NCBI GenBank assembly: GCA_023131835.1
Contig: JAGLZA010000099.1
Location: 787-64,786, forward strand
DNA: 64,000 bases
Source of the DNA: a candidate division WOR-3 bacterium
GTDB lineage: Bacteria; Hydrothermota; UBA3072
Direction: 5' to 3'
Positions 1-8,661 of the stretch are shown here, one piece after another. The stretch's first letter is position 1. Each line of letters starts with the position of its first letter. A program made the translations under genes and the position numbers. The notes under the pieces were generated by a model, which worked only from the letters and a program-made list of their open reading frames with translations, was not told where the DNA came from and did no database searches.

Positions 1-1725
1 GCTAAGGAAGAAATACTCCTGGATCAGAATGAACTTGCCAAAGGGTATGATTATTTCAGGATTGGTGCTTTTGAGATAACTCTTGACCATCAACTGCTGG
101 CTTATTCTATTGATACAACTGGCTCAGAGACCTACACACTGTATATCAAAGATTTAAATACCGGGGAACTGTTGAAGGACGAGATAAAAGATATAGATGA
201 CTATATAGCATGGACCAATGATAGTAAGACCATCTTTTACGCCACCCAGGATGCTACAAGGCGTCCCTATAAGGTCTACAGACATACATTAGGCACCACT
301 CAAAAAGAGGATAAAATAGTTTATCATGAAAAAGATGAAGCATTTTATGTCTATATCTCCAAAACAAAGAGTAAGAAATATTTACTCATAACATCCGGGA
401 GTAAAACCACTACTGAAATTCGCTACTTAAATGCCAACTCCCCTAAAGATAGCTTCAAAATAATACATCCCCGTCAGCATAAAATGAAGTATTACATTGA
501 CCACCATAATGATAAATTCTACATCCTGACCAATGATAATGCAAAAAATTTCAAGTTGATGGAAGTTTCTGTTCACAATCCCTTGAAAAAGAATTGGAAG
601 GAAGTGATTCCCCATCGCAATTCAATCAAAATAGATGACTTTAGTGTCTTTAAGAGTCATCTGGTGGTTTATGAGCGTGAGAATGGACTGAAAAAGATAC
701 GTATAATGAATCTTGTGAATAATGAGATTCACTATGTTGATTTTCCCGAACCTGTTTATTCATTCAGGCAGGGTGCAAATCCGGATTTTAACAGCAAAAT
801 ACTTCGTTTTACCTATATGTCGTTGGTTACTCCGAGATCTGTTTTTGATTACAATATGGACACACGGAGCCGTGAATTGAAGAAACAGTATGAAGTCCTT
901 GGTGGATATGACCCATCACTTTATCAATCAGAAAGAATTTTTGCTCAAGCACAGGATGGTACTATGATTCCAATATCACTGGTTTATAAAAAGGGAATGG
1001 TCAAAAATGGTAGTAATCCTTTATTTTTGATTGCCTATGGTGCATATGGTGCAAGTTTTGACCCTTATTTTTCCTCGAATCGTTTGAGTCTCCTTAATCG
1101 GGGTTTCATATACGCAATAGCTCATATCCGTGGTGGCGGTGAAATGGGCGAATACTGGTATGAACAGGGCAAATACTTTAACAAGATGAATACCTTTACC
1201 GACTTTATTACCTGTGCCGAGCATTTAATTGCTGAAAAGTACACATCAAGTGATAAATTGGTCATCAATGGAGCTAGTGCCGGCGGATTGCTCATGGGAG
1301 CCGTAGCTAACCTGCGGACGGATCTTTTTAAGGCTGTAATTGCTGATGTGCCTTTTGTGGATGTCCTAAATACTATGCTTGATTCATCCTTACCACTTAC
1401 CGTCCTTGAATATGAAGAATGGGGAAACCCCAACGAAAAGGAATATTACGATTACATGAAATCCTATTCACCATACGATAATGTAGAAGCCAAAGAGTAT
1501 TCCAATATGCTGATTACCGCTGGCCTGAACGATACACGGGTCTCCTATTGGGAGGCTGCTAAATGGACCGCCAAATTAAGAGCCTTAAAAATTGATAATA
1601 ACCTTTTGCTACTCAAAACAAATATGGGTGCAGGACATGGTGGCGCGTCTGGCCGATATGACTACCTCAAAGATATCGCTTTTGAATTTGTCTTTATCTT
1701 CGATCTGCTCGGGATAAAAAAATAA
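1..1725 (+). CDS. ptrB: Oligopeptidase B / prolyl oligopeptidase family S9 serine peptidase (5'-truncated by window edge)
   Basis: The reading frame is open from nt 1 (AKEEILLDQNELAKGYDYF...). The C-terminal catalytic domain carries GASAGGLLMG (GxSxGG nucleophile elbow), a DVPFVDV Asp region and MGAGHGG (His), which fits S9A protease II. Confidence 0.8.
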   Translation, partial: AKEEILLDQNELAKGYDYFRIGAFEITLDHQLLAYSIDTTGSETYTLYIKDLNTGELLKDEIKDIDDYIAWTNDSKTIFYATQDATRRPYKVYRHTLGTTQKEDKIVYHEKDEAFYVYISKTKSKKYLLITSGSKTTTEIRYLNANSPKDSFKIIHPRQHKMKYYIDHHNDKFYILTNDNAKNFKLMEVSVHNPLKKNWKEVIPHRNSIKIDDFSVFKSHLVVYERENGLKKIRIMNLVNNEIHYVDFPEPVYSFRQGANPDFNSKILRFTYMSLVTPRSVFDYNMDTRSRELKKQYEVLGGYDPSLYQSERIFAQAQDGTMIPISLVYKKGMVKNGSNPLFLIAYGAYGASFDPYFSSNRLSLLNRGFIYAIAHIRGGGEMGEYWYEQGKYFNKMNTFTDFITCAEHLIAEKYTSSDKLVINGASAGGLLMGAVANLRTDLFKAVIADVPFVDVLNTMLDSSLPLTVLEYEEWGNPNEKEYYDYMKSYSPYDNVEAKEYSNMLITAGLNDTRVSYWEAAKWTAKLRALKIDNNLLLLKTNMGAGHGGASGRYDYLKDIAFEFVFIFDLLGIKK

Positions 1726-1960
1726 GAGAACCACTGAGAGCAATGTCATTGCGAATCCCTCTTCCTGTCCGACCCTCGTGAAGCAATCTCCTGCGGTTGA
1801 GATTGCTTCGCCTGTGATGAGCAAGATGTTGAACTCGCAATGACTCTCAGTATTGGAGTAGGGGCAATTCATGAATTGCCTCTACAAGTTTCGCGCTCTG
1901 TGTGAATGGGGACGGGGAAATCTGTCTCGGTGTATAACACTGTGACACTTTTAGTCAATA

Positions 1961-2590
1961 GTTAATAGTCCACTGCCTACCCCCCAAAATTTGGCATTGT
2001 CCCAAAGTTGTATGATTTAGTGTAGTTTCTTGCGTTTATACGTTCGGAGTTAGACAGATAAGACATTATGTGTTGGGTTCGTTGAGTTTATAGAGTTCGT
2101 GGAGTTCATGGGGTTCATAGGATTCGAGTTCGAGGCCAGAAGGCCTCTCCCACAAGATTAGTCCAATGTCCAATGTCGTGAGTGGTTTAGTGAGTTAGTG
2201 GGTTCCGACCAACCGTCCAACTCACCAACAGACCAACTATGTTAAAAAAGGCAAAGATATCATACTGTCAAACTCCGAGCTTGAGAGGGGTAGGGACGTT
2301 CAATCGAACACCCCTACCAGATTCTTTTTCTCCCTTTTTCCTTCTAAAAACACAAATAGTAAAGATTGAGGGTTCGAGGGATTAAAGGTTCAAGTGGTAT
2401 TGTTCTCTGCTTGCCCCGTAGGGAAGACCCGACCGTACCGGGGTGACCTCTGTGGTTAAAAAAGGGGGGTAGTCAGGGTCTTCTCTGTGTCCTCTAAAAC
2501 ACAAAAATTAAAGGGGAGTGGTTGGGCTCTTTAGTTCTCAGTGACCTCTGTGGTTAAAAAAGGGGGGGTAGTGTGTTAATAGTCCACAGC
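1961..2590. repeat. Intergenic repeat island: family-B element (2073-2240), GTAGGG...CCCTAC hairpin (2289-2318), family-A element (2444-2575); block bounded by 13-bp direct repeat gttaatagtccac (1961-1973, 2577-2589)
   Basis: Nearly 1 kb with no credible ORF. The sequence motifs recur at 20311-20516, 53540-53640, 58521-58665 and 61108-61200 in both orientations. Confidence 0.6.
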
Positions 2591-2695
2591 CGTGTCCGGA
2601 GAGGGTGGAGGCTCACCATTTCGTACTGAAAGAGACGAACCTCGCAGGATTAGATTAGAGGGTCGGTGCCCCCTGGGGAATAGAGAAACGCCAGA

Positions 2696-3172
2696 TTAAA
2701 GACCGGATTGCTTTATTATTTCCCTTGCAATTTCTGGGATTTCTCTTTTAATTCCAGGTGAGCATTCTTCACTGAAAGTGTAAATATCTTCAACTTCAAT
2801 TGTGAAGAGATCGATTTCAACCGGTATCGGAATACCGATCTTTTTTGCAAATTCTATTACTGATGGAAAATTCAATTGATGGGGTGAAGAAAGATGAATA
2901 GAATCCTTAAAATCTGATATATCATGTTTATTCAAGGTTCCAATTTCCTCCCTGCCTGTTTTTATTACGTCAACGAGAACCAGGTGTTTATAACCTGATA
3001 TAATATCCAGAATAGTAATACCAGAAATGGCAACCTTACAAAAATCAATATTTTCATTTCGACAGAGAAGTTTCTCGATTTCATCAACAATCTTAAGCCC
3101 AACTGAATCGTCGGATAGAATTGGGTTTCCCAACCCCAGTATAAGTATTTTAGGTTGTTTTCTTTTATGCAA
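2696..3172 (-). CDS. Hydrogenase maturation protease (HyaD/HybD/FrhD family)
   Basis: Carries ILILGLGNPILSDDSVG, the GNxxxxDDGxG-type motif of hydrogenase maturation endopeptidases. It sits directly downstream of the [NiFe] large subunit gene. Confidence 0.8.
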   Translation of the reverse strand: MHKRKQPKILILGLGNPILSDDSVGLKIVDEIEKLLCRNENIDFCKVAISGITILDIISGYKHLVLVDVIKTGREEIGTLNKHDISDFKDSIHLSSPHQLNFPSVIEFAKKIGIPIPVEIDLFTIEVEDIYTFSEECSPGIKREIPEIAREIIKQSGL

Positions 3173-3222
3173 TTTATAACCTTGACCCCTCGATCCCTTG
3201 AATCCTCGAACCCTTAAAGAAT

Positions 3223-4686
3223 TTAATCCCTTATTATTGTTTTAATAACTTCTCTATCTGAATTATATATTCTAATTTTGAGAGGTGTCTGCCCTGGTAA
3301 TGAGTGGGTAGCACAAGCCAGGCATGGGTCGTAAGCCCTAAATGCCATTTCCACCATATTTAGTAATCCATCAGAAACTTTACCATTCTTTATCAGTCTC
3401 TCGGCTGCTTTCTTAATGGACATTGACATAGCTGCTGAATTATTAACCGTAGCAACTATCAGATTGACTTTCTCTATAATCCCTTTTTCATCAGTCTTAT
3501 AATGATGGAATAGTGTTCCTCTTGGTGCTTCCACAACTCCAACCCCTTCAATTGGTGTTTCGGTGGGTATGTTCCTGATATTCTTATTCAGGATTTCCTT
3601 ATCTTCTGCCAGCTCCAGTAATCTTTCTGCTGCATACATTTGCTCTACCAATCTTGCCCAATGGAAAGCAAGCGTATAATGAGCAGGTTTTCCTCCTAAC
3701 ACATCATAAAACTTCTCATATTCTTCCTGCGCAAGAGGGGTAGCCATCCCATCAGATGCATTCAATCGTGCTAGAGGGGCAACCCTGAATACACCACTAT
3801 CAATTCCATCGGTAAAACCTTTCCATCCAACATTTTTCAAATAGGGGAACTTAATGTAACTCCACTCTTCCACATGTTCTTCAATATGATTAAGATAGTC
3901 CCTACCTTTAAATTTACAAAACTCATTACCTTCAGGATCAACAACCCTTATCATTCCATCGTAGAAGTTAACCTTATTATTCTCATCCACCATACCCATA
4001 TAATATGTCTTGTGTTTATATATGTCCCCTACCACAAGATCCACATATTTTTTATTCTGAAGTACAACATCAGCGAAGAGTTTTAGACTGAACTTAGAAA
4101 ACTCAATCGCATCCTTGGCAGTCTGTATAATTTCCTTTCTATCATCCTTAGTTGGTCCCTTTGAAACACCACCTGGTAATCCACATACAGGATGAATAAC
4201 TTTTCCTCCTAATAAGGTGATGATATCCCGTGTCCTTTTTCTAATATTAATTACTCTTTTACCTGTTTCTACACCAACCTTTTGGATTACCCCAAGTATA
4301 TTCCTTTCTGAAGGAGGAGCATCTGGACCCATCACAAAGTCCGGACCACCTAAGAAATAAAAGTGTAGAGTATGATCTTCAAACATAAATGCAGAATATA
4401 TCAATTCACGAATTTTTTTAGCAGCAGGAGGTACTTGAACCTTATATAGGTCATCTAATGTTTTTGTTGAAGCCATATGGTGTGCAGTAGGGCACACTCC
4501 ACAGATTTTAGGTGTAATTCGTGGCATTTCCTCTGACCTACGACCTTCAGAGAATTTTTCAAAACCCCGGAGTTCTGGAACCTGGAGATAAGCATTAGCA
4601 ACATTCCCTTTATTATCGAGGAATATCTCTATCTTTCCATGTCCTTCTAACCGTGTAATTGGATCAATCGTTAGTTTTCTACCCAT
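3223..4686 (-). CDS. mvhA: [NiFe]-hydrogenase large subunit, group 3 (MvhA-like)
   Basis: N-terminal RLEGHG...ICGVCPTAHH (L1 CxxC) and C-terminal DPCLACATH (L2 CxxC..H). Cys is used, with no in-frame TGA. Operon context with mvhG and mvhD. Confidence 0.85.
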   Translation of the reverse strand: MGRKLTIDPITRLEGHGKIEIFLDNKGNVANAYLQVPELRGFEKFSEGRRSEEMPRITPKICGVCPTAHHMASTKTLDDLYKVQVPPAAKKIRELIYSAFMFEDHTLHFYFLGGPDFVMGPDAPPSERNILGVIQKVGVETGKRVINIRKRTRDIITLLGGKVIHPVCGLPGGVSKGPTKDDRKEIIQTAKDAIEFSKFSLKLFADVVLQNKKYVDLVVGDIYKHKTYYMGMVDENNKVNFYDGMIRVVDPEGNEFCKFKGRDYLNHIEEHVEEWSYIKFPYLKNVGWKGFTDGIDSGVFRVAPLARLNASDGMATPLAQEEYEKFYDVLGGKPAHYTLAFHWARLVEQMYAAERLLELAEDKEILNKNIRNIPTETPIEGVGVVEAPRGTLFHHYKTDEKGIIEKVNLIVATVNNSAAMSMSIKKAAERLIKNGKVSDGLLNMVEMAFRAYDPCLACATHSLPGQTPLKIRIYNSDREVIKTIIRD

Positions 4687-5669
4687 TATTTCTCCATCCT
4701 CTTACCTCTTAGTATTGAAGATGGTAAACTATACATATAAAACAGACCCGCAGGGTCAACAAGATTGTCCATCAATTTTTGTAATTCCTCTTCGGATATT
4801 TTTTCTTCATTTTCGAGAGCAAATATCGATGCGATACCTGCCATGGTTCTTAGACCATGATCCTTAACTTCATCCAGAGGACCAAAACATCCTCTGCAAG
4901 ACATATTTGCATTTATACAACGCTGTCCACACCCGGCACGAGTGGAAATTCCCATGCATATAATACCCTGAGCTAAAAAGCACTTCTCCGGGTCAATTTC
5001 GATTTCATGGACTCTCTTGAATTCAGCAATCTCTAATTTCTCTGGCTTTGAATCATTCCTATCGCATTCATCACACAAGGCTTTTTTAGGAGCCAATACT
5101 GAACCTTTCTCTGGCAATTTTCCTTTTAGTATAGCAGTCACCGCATCCATAATTAAATCTTTAGGAGGAGCACAACCGGGTATATAATAATCAATCTCAA
5201 CTACCTGATCTAAGGTCTTCACCGTATCAAAGAAAAGAGGTAAGGTGAGTTCCCCTTCAGCGATTTGTGTCTTTACTTTGGGTAATATGCTTTTCGGGTT
5301 ATTTGTAGATTCTGTTGTTTTATATACTCTTTCGAAGATTCCATCCCTATCCGAAAAGTTTGCCAATCCGGGAATTCCCCCTATATGAGCACAACTGCCA
5401 AACGCAATAACCAACCCGGATTTTTCACGAAGGAGCTTTACCATCTCTTCTTGCTCTTCAGTCCTGACTGCTCCGTTTATAAAGCTGACGGTTAACTCCT
5501 TGTCTTTCATATTTTCCACATCTTTTCTTTTAAAATCAAGTGCTACTGGCCAGAATACTATATCGACAGCATCTACGACTTCTAATAAATCTTCCGCAAG
5601 GTCCACAACTGCTTCCTCACAACCACCGCATGATGCACACCAGTAAAAAGCGACCTTTGGTTTTGTCAT
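4686..5669 (-). CDS. mvhG: [NiFe]-hydrogenase small subunit, group 3 (MvhG-like)
   Basis: N-terminal VAFYWCASCGGCEE plus further Cys clusters (GSCAHIGG, CxxC). The gene abuts and overlaps the large subunit gene. Confidence 0.8.
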   Translation of the reverse strand: MTKPKVAFYWCASCGGCEEAVVDLAEDLLEVVDAVDIVFWPVALDFKRKDVENMKDKELTVSFINGAVRTEEQEEMVKLLREKSGLVIAFGSCAHIGGIPGLANFSDRDGIFERVYKTTESTNNPKSILPKVKTQIAEGELTLPLFFDTVKTLDQVVEIDYYIPGCAPPKDLIMDAVTAILKGKLPEKGSVLAPKKALCDECDRNDSKPEKLEIAEFKRVHEIEIDPEKCFLAQGIICMGISTRAGCGQRCINANMSCRGCFGPLDEVKDHGLRTMAGIASIFALENEEKISEEELQKLMDNLVDPAGLFYMYSLPSSILRGKRMEK

Positions 5670-5670
5670 A

Positions 5671-6078
5671 TCACCGTCCTAATTTGATAGGTCCTAATTT
5701 TAACATCTCATCATAGAATCCATTCATTGCATCACAGAGCTTTGTGATTTCACCAGTATCAATCCATTCAATTCTTACTCTTTCTGGTTCAATATTAAAT
5801 TGGGATAATACCATCTTAAGTAATAGAACTCTGCGTAATGTTTTATAATTACCATCATGTTTACATTCACCAAGAGAGCATGCACAGATAAGAACTCCCC
5901 AGGCGCCGTATTCAAATGCCTGTAATACTAATTCTAGACCTACTCGTCCTGTGCACATAGTGACAATGGACTTATTCTCTTCCTCAGTGGGAAAATTACT
6001 CAGCTTTAACCCCGGATGTACTGACCAATTACAACAGAATGTTGTTATCTTTGCTCTTTCGGCTGTTGAATTATTAAT
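5671..6078 (-). CDS. mvhD: Methyl-viologen-reducing hydrogenase delta subunit (MvhD/FlpD family); probable AUU start
   Basis: The track ORF (M at 5958) is internal. The frame is open upstream to a stop at 6100-6102 and encodes ...ITTFCCNWSVHPGLKLS...MCTGRV, which gives the MvhD CNWC and C[ST]GRV motifs. There is no ATG/GTG/TTG in that stretch, but a GGAGG (6089-6085) lies 6 nt upstream of an ATT (6078-6076). Confidence 0.65.
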   Translation of the reverse strand: MNNSTAERAKITTFCCNWSVHPGLKLSNFPTEEENKSIVTMCTGRVGLELVLQAFEYGAWGVLICACSLGECKHDGNYKTLRRVLLLKMVLSQFNIEPERVRIEWIDTGEITKLCDAMNGFYDEMLKLGPIKLGR

Positions 6079-6637
6079 TTGTAACCTCCAGGATTTTTCT
6101 TATTTCGGTAAGTAATTCTTTTTGAGAGACTTTATATCCTTCCTCTAATTTTCTTGCACCAGAAGGACATGCTGCAATACAAACACCACAACCCTCACAG
6201 GTAGACTTATCCACACTGGCTTTCTTTTTACCCCCCTCTTCTTCCTCTAATGAAGTAGCCTCTGTTTTGCAAACCGATACACATACTCCACATCCGCTAC
6301 AAATTTCTTCATCAACCAATGCTGTAGTACCTTCAACATCAAAACCGGCCTCGATTAAAGTTTTTCTTGCATCGGTTATAATCTCTGTTACAGAAATATT
6401 AGCCGAACAACTATTTTCACAAAGTCTACAATAAAAACATTCAAATATTTTCCTGGAAATCTCCTCTGTTGGTTCAATAGCACCAGTCAATAATCCGTAA
6501 ATCAATATTAATTTACCACGCGGACTATCAGATTCCCAACTGGATATCTTAAATAAATGGCAATTTTCATAGCAATAACCACACCTTATACAAATATTTA
6601 ACTCTGATTCCCAGGGTTTTAAATACTTAACTTCCAT
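6074..6637 (-). CDS. Fe-S cluster protein: HdrC/GlpC-like N-terminal Cys-rich domain plus two 4Fe-4S ferredoxin motifs
   Basis: CIRCGYCYENC and CFYCRLCENSC, then CSGCGVCVSVC and CEGCGVCIAACP. The N-terminal ~100 aa are about 60% identical to the N-terminus of the CCG-domain protein at 16093-17148. It is the first gene of the hydrogenase operon. Confidence 0.7.
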   Translation of the reverse strand: MEVKYLKPWESELNICIRCGYCYENCHLFKISSWESDSPRGKLILIYGLLTGAIEPTEEISRKIFECFYCRLCENSCSANISVTEIITDARKTLIEAGFDVEGTTALVDEEICSGCGVCVSVCKTEATSLEEEEGGKKKASVDKSTCEGCGVCIAACPSGARKLEEGYKVSQKELLTEIRKILEVTN

Positions 6638-6813
6638 TGCTTATTCTCCATTTATGGCTATTTATCATCCGGGATCCTCCTATTTTGGAGCTCACATATA
6701 ATAAATATTTTATATAAAACAAAGTCTATATTTTTCATTTTATCTATCTACCTAAAATATATAATAAACAATAATATTGTTATATAAAAAAAATGCAATA
6801 GATAATATAAATT

Positions 6814-7115
6814 GGAGTTTCATCATTTTTTATATAGAAGCCTACAAATCTCCGGTTAAGAAAGCGAGGACTTGCCGTTTAGAAATCCTCTCGGAGGCCG
6901 AGCGGGCATGGTTCCTTGATTTCCTTGGAAATCAAGGGGAGCGAGGCCGAGAGCGGAAGCAGCGATTTCCTCGCCGGGGAAATCGACTGCGGTTTATGAA
7001 CGGCAAGTCCTCGCGACTTTTTGTTTGTAATCGCAAGTATCTACTTGTTAATTCGCTGTAAGGTTTGATATTCCTACCTTAAGAAAATCTAAGCGGTAAA
7101 AAATGATGAAACTCC
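6814..7115. mobile_element. MITE-like element with ~18-bp terminal inverted repeats (GGAGTTTCATCATTTTTT ... AAAAAATGATGAAACTCC) and internal 16-bp inverted repeat (GCGAGGACTTGCCGTT / AACGGCAAGTCCTCGC)
   Basis: Perfect TIRs are read directly from the sequence, and the element is intergenic and non-coding. It shares its termini with the elements at 44586-44910 and 51106-51373. Confidence 0.7.
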
Positions 7116-7309
7116 AAATAATATAAAATATTTTTTGAATACTTTAGTGTTCGGGCAAGTCCCTTTTTACTCGATATCAGAAAATGCTAATAGTTATGAA
7201 TTATAGAATAATCAGATAATTCTATATTCTTACGGTTCATACAAAAGAAGATCTGTCAGTATTAATAAACCTTTTACTCTTTGTTTACACTATAATTTTT
7301 ATTCGCTCC

Positions 7310-8647
7310 TCACGGAATTTTTGCTACAACTTTACGTAAATTTGGATTCTTCTCACATTCTTTTTCAAATGCTTTATCGCGAAGGGAATTTCTATAATGT
7401 GGTAACTGAAACCTGTAAGTGAATCTTACTTTCCTACCCTTAGACTCTTCATAAAGTGCAACAACATCCTCTATAAAAACCCTTTCTTCATCTGTTGGGA
7501 TGACAAAAACCTTAACCTTTGAGTTTTTTGCACTAATATCGCATTCTGCGTTTCTTGTTTGAGCAATTTCATTTTTCTCCTTATCATATTCAATACCCAT
7601 AAATTCAAATCCGTCTAACGCCTTTGCCCTGATGATACTACTCTTTTCACCAACTCCGGCAGTAAAAACAACAGCGTCAATTCCTCCAAGCGCTGCTACA
7701 TATGCACCAATATACTTTTTAATCCTGTAACTCTCCATTTCTATAGCAAGTCTTGCTCTTTCATCTCCTTTTGCTGCTTCGGTTTCCACATCACGCCTAT
7801 CAATATACTTACCAGTTATACCTATGATTCCGGACTTCTTATTAAGTATTGAATCCATTTCTTTCGGTGTATAGCCTTCCTTTTCCATTATGAAGAAATC
7901 AATAGCCACATCATGGTCACCTGCTCTTGTTCCCATTATCATTCCTTCTAAAGGCGTAAATCCCATACTTGTATCATAGGATACACCAAATTTTACAGCA
8001 TTCAAAGATACACCATTGCCAATATGACATATTACAAGATTGCATTTAAAAGGGTCCTTACCTAGAAGAACAGCCGCCCTTCTGGAAACATATATAAACG
8101 ATGTGCCATGAAATCCATATCTCCTGATTTTATACTTCTCATACCATTGGTAAGGTAGAGCATACATAAACACGTGCTCTGTCATAGTTTGATGCCATGC
8201 CGTATCCATAATCGCCATATGCGGAACATCCGGAAGTAATTCTCTCGCTGCTTCAATTCCAAGGATGTTGGGTGGATTATGGAGTGGAGCCAAAGATATC
8301 AATTCCTTAAATGACATGAGGACCGCATCATTAATAATTACAGATTTAGCAAATCTTTCACCACCATGAACAACGCGATGTCCAACTGCAGAAATCAGTG
8401 ATAGATCTTTGATAACACCACTCTCCGGAGATGTAAGTATATCAACAACAAATTTGATTGCTTCACGGTGATTGGGACATTCAAGTTCAATTTTCACCTT
8501 GGCCTGTCCAGGAACTTCATGTGTACAAAAAGAACCGTCAAGTCCAACTCTTTCAACAACACCACTTGCTATAGTTTCCTTTCTATCCCAGTCGTACAGT
8601 CTGTACTTTACAGAGGAACTTCCACAATTAAGACATAATATAATCAT
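7310..8647 (-). CDS. ackA: Acetate kinase
   Basis: N-terminal ILCLNCGSSSVKYRLY, HGTSF, and a C-terminal VIPTDEE motif. It has a ~45-aa C-terminal extension relative to typical AckA. Confidence 0.85.
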   Translation of the reverse strand: MIILCLNCGSSSVKYRLYDWDRKETIASGVVERVGLDGSFCTHEVPGQAKVKIELECPNHREAIKFVVDILTSPESGVIKDLSLISAVGHRVVHGGERFAKSVIINDAVLMSFKELISLAPLHNPPNILGIEAARELLPDVPHMAIMDTAWHQTMTEHVFMYALPYQWYEKYKIRRYGFHGTSFIYVSRRAAVLLGKDPFKCNLVICHIGNGVSLNAVKFGVSYDTSMGFTPLEGMIMGTRAGDHDVAIDFFIMEKEGYTPKEMDSILNKKSGIIGITGKYIDRRDVETEAAKGDERARLAIEMESYRIKKYIGAYVAALGGIDAVVFTAGVGEKSSIIRAKALDGFEFMGIEYDKEKNEIAQTRNAECDISAKNSKVKVFVIPTDEERVFIEDVVALYEESKGRKVRFTYRFQLPHYRNSLRDKAFEKECEKNPNLRKVVAKIP

Positions 8648-8661
8648 ATTATTTCTTGATT

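Noticed and set aside
1731-1860. Inverted repeats (GAGAGCAATGTCATTGCGAA ... TCGCAATGACTCTCAG) downstream of the oligopeptidase gene as a rho-independent terminator
   Set aside because: The stems are present but not followed by a T-run, so this may be part of the repeat island rather than a terminator.
1981-2000. Sigma54-like -24 element: TTGGCATTGTCCCAAAG (also TTGGCACTGTCCCAAAC on the minus strand at ~31655-31636)
   Set aside because: TGGCAC/T is present but the -12 TTGC element at the correct 5-nt spacing is absent in both copies. It is more likely a conserved 16-mer belonging to the repeat set.
2444-2575. Family-A elements look like a mini CRISPR (31-bp direct repeat - ~67 bp - 31-bp direct repeat)
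   Set aside because: The 'spacer' is conserved between all four copies (2444, 20311, 58521, 61108), there are only two repeats per locus, the repeats are imperfect, and no cas genes are nearby. This is an interspersed repeat, not a CRISPR array.
3874-4086. Numerous 60-150 aa ORFs on the opposite strand of large genes (e.g. 3874-4086, 9008-9244, 9938-10315, 11558-12016, 21948-22417, 34105-34314, 47470-47844, 50188-50472)
   Set aside because: They are entirely contained within well-supported CDSs on the other strand, have low-complexity composition, and lack RBSs. Antisense artefacts.
3223-4686. Possible selenocysteine in the hydrogenase large subunit C-terminal motif
   Set aside because: The motif reads DPCLACATH with Cys codons and no in-frame TGA.
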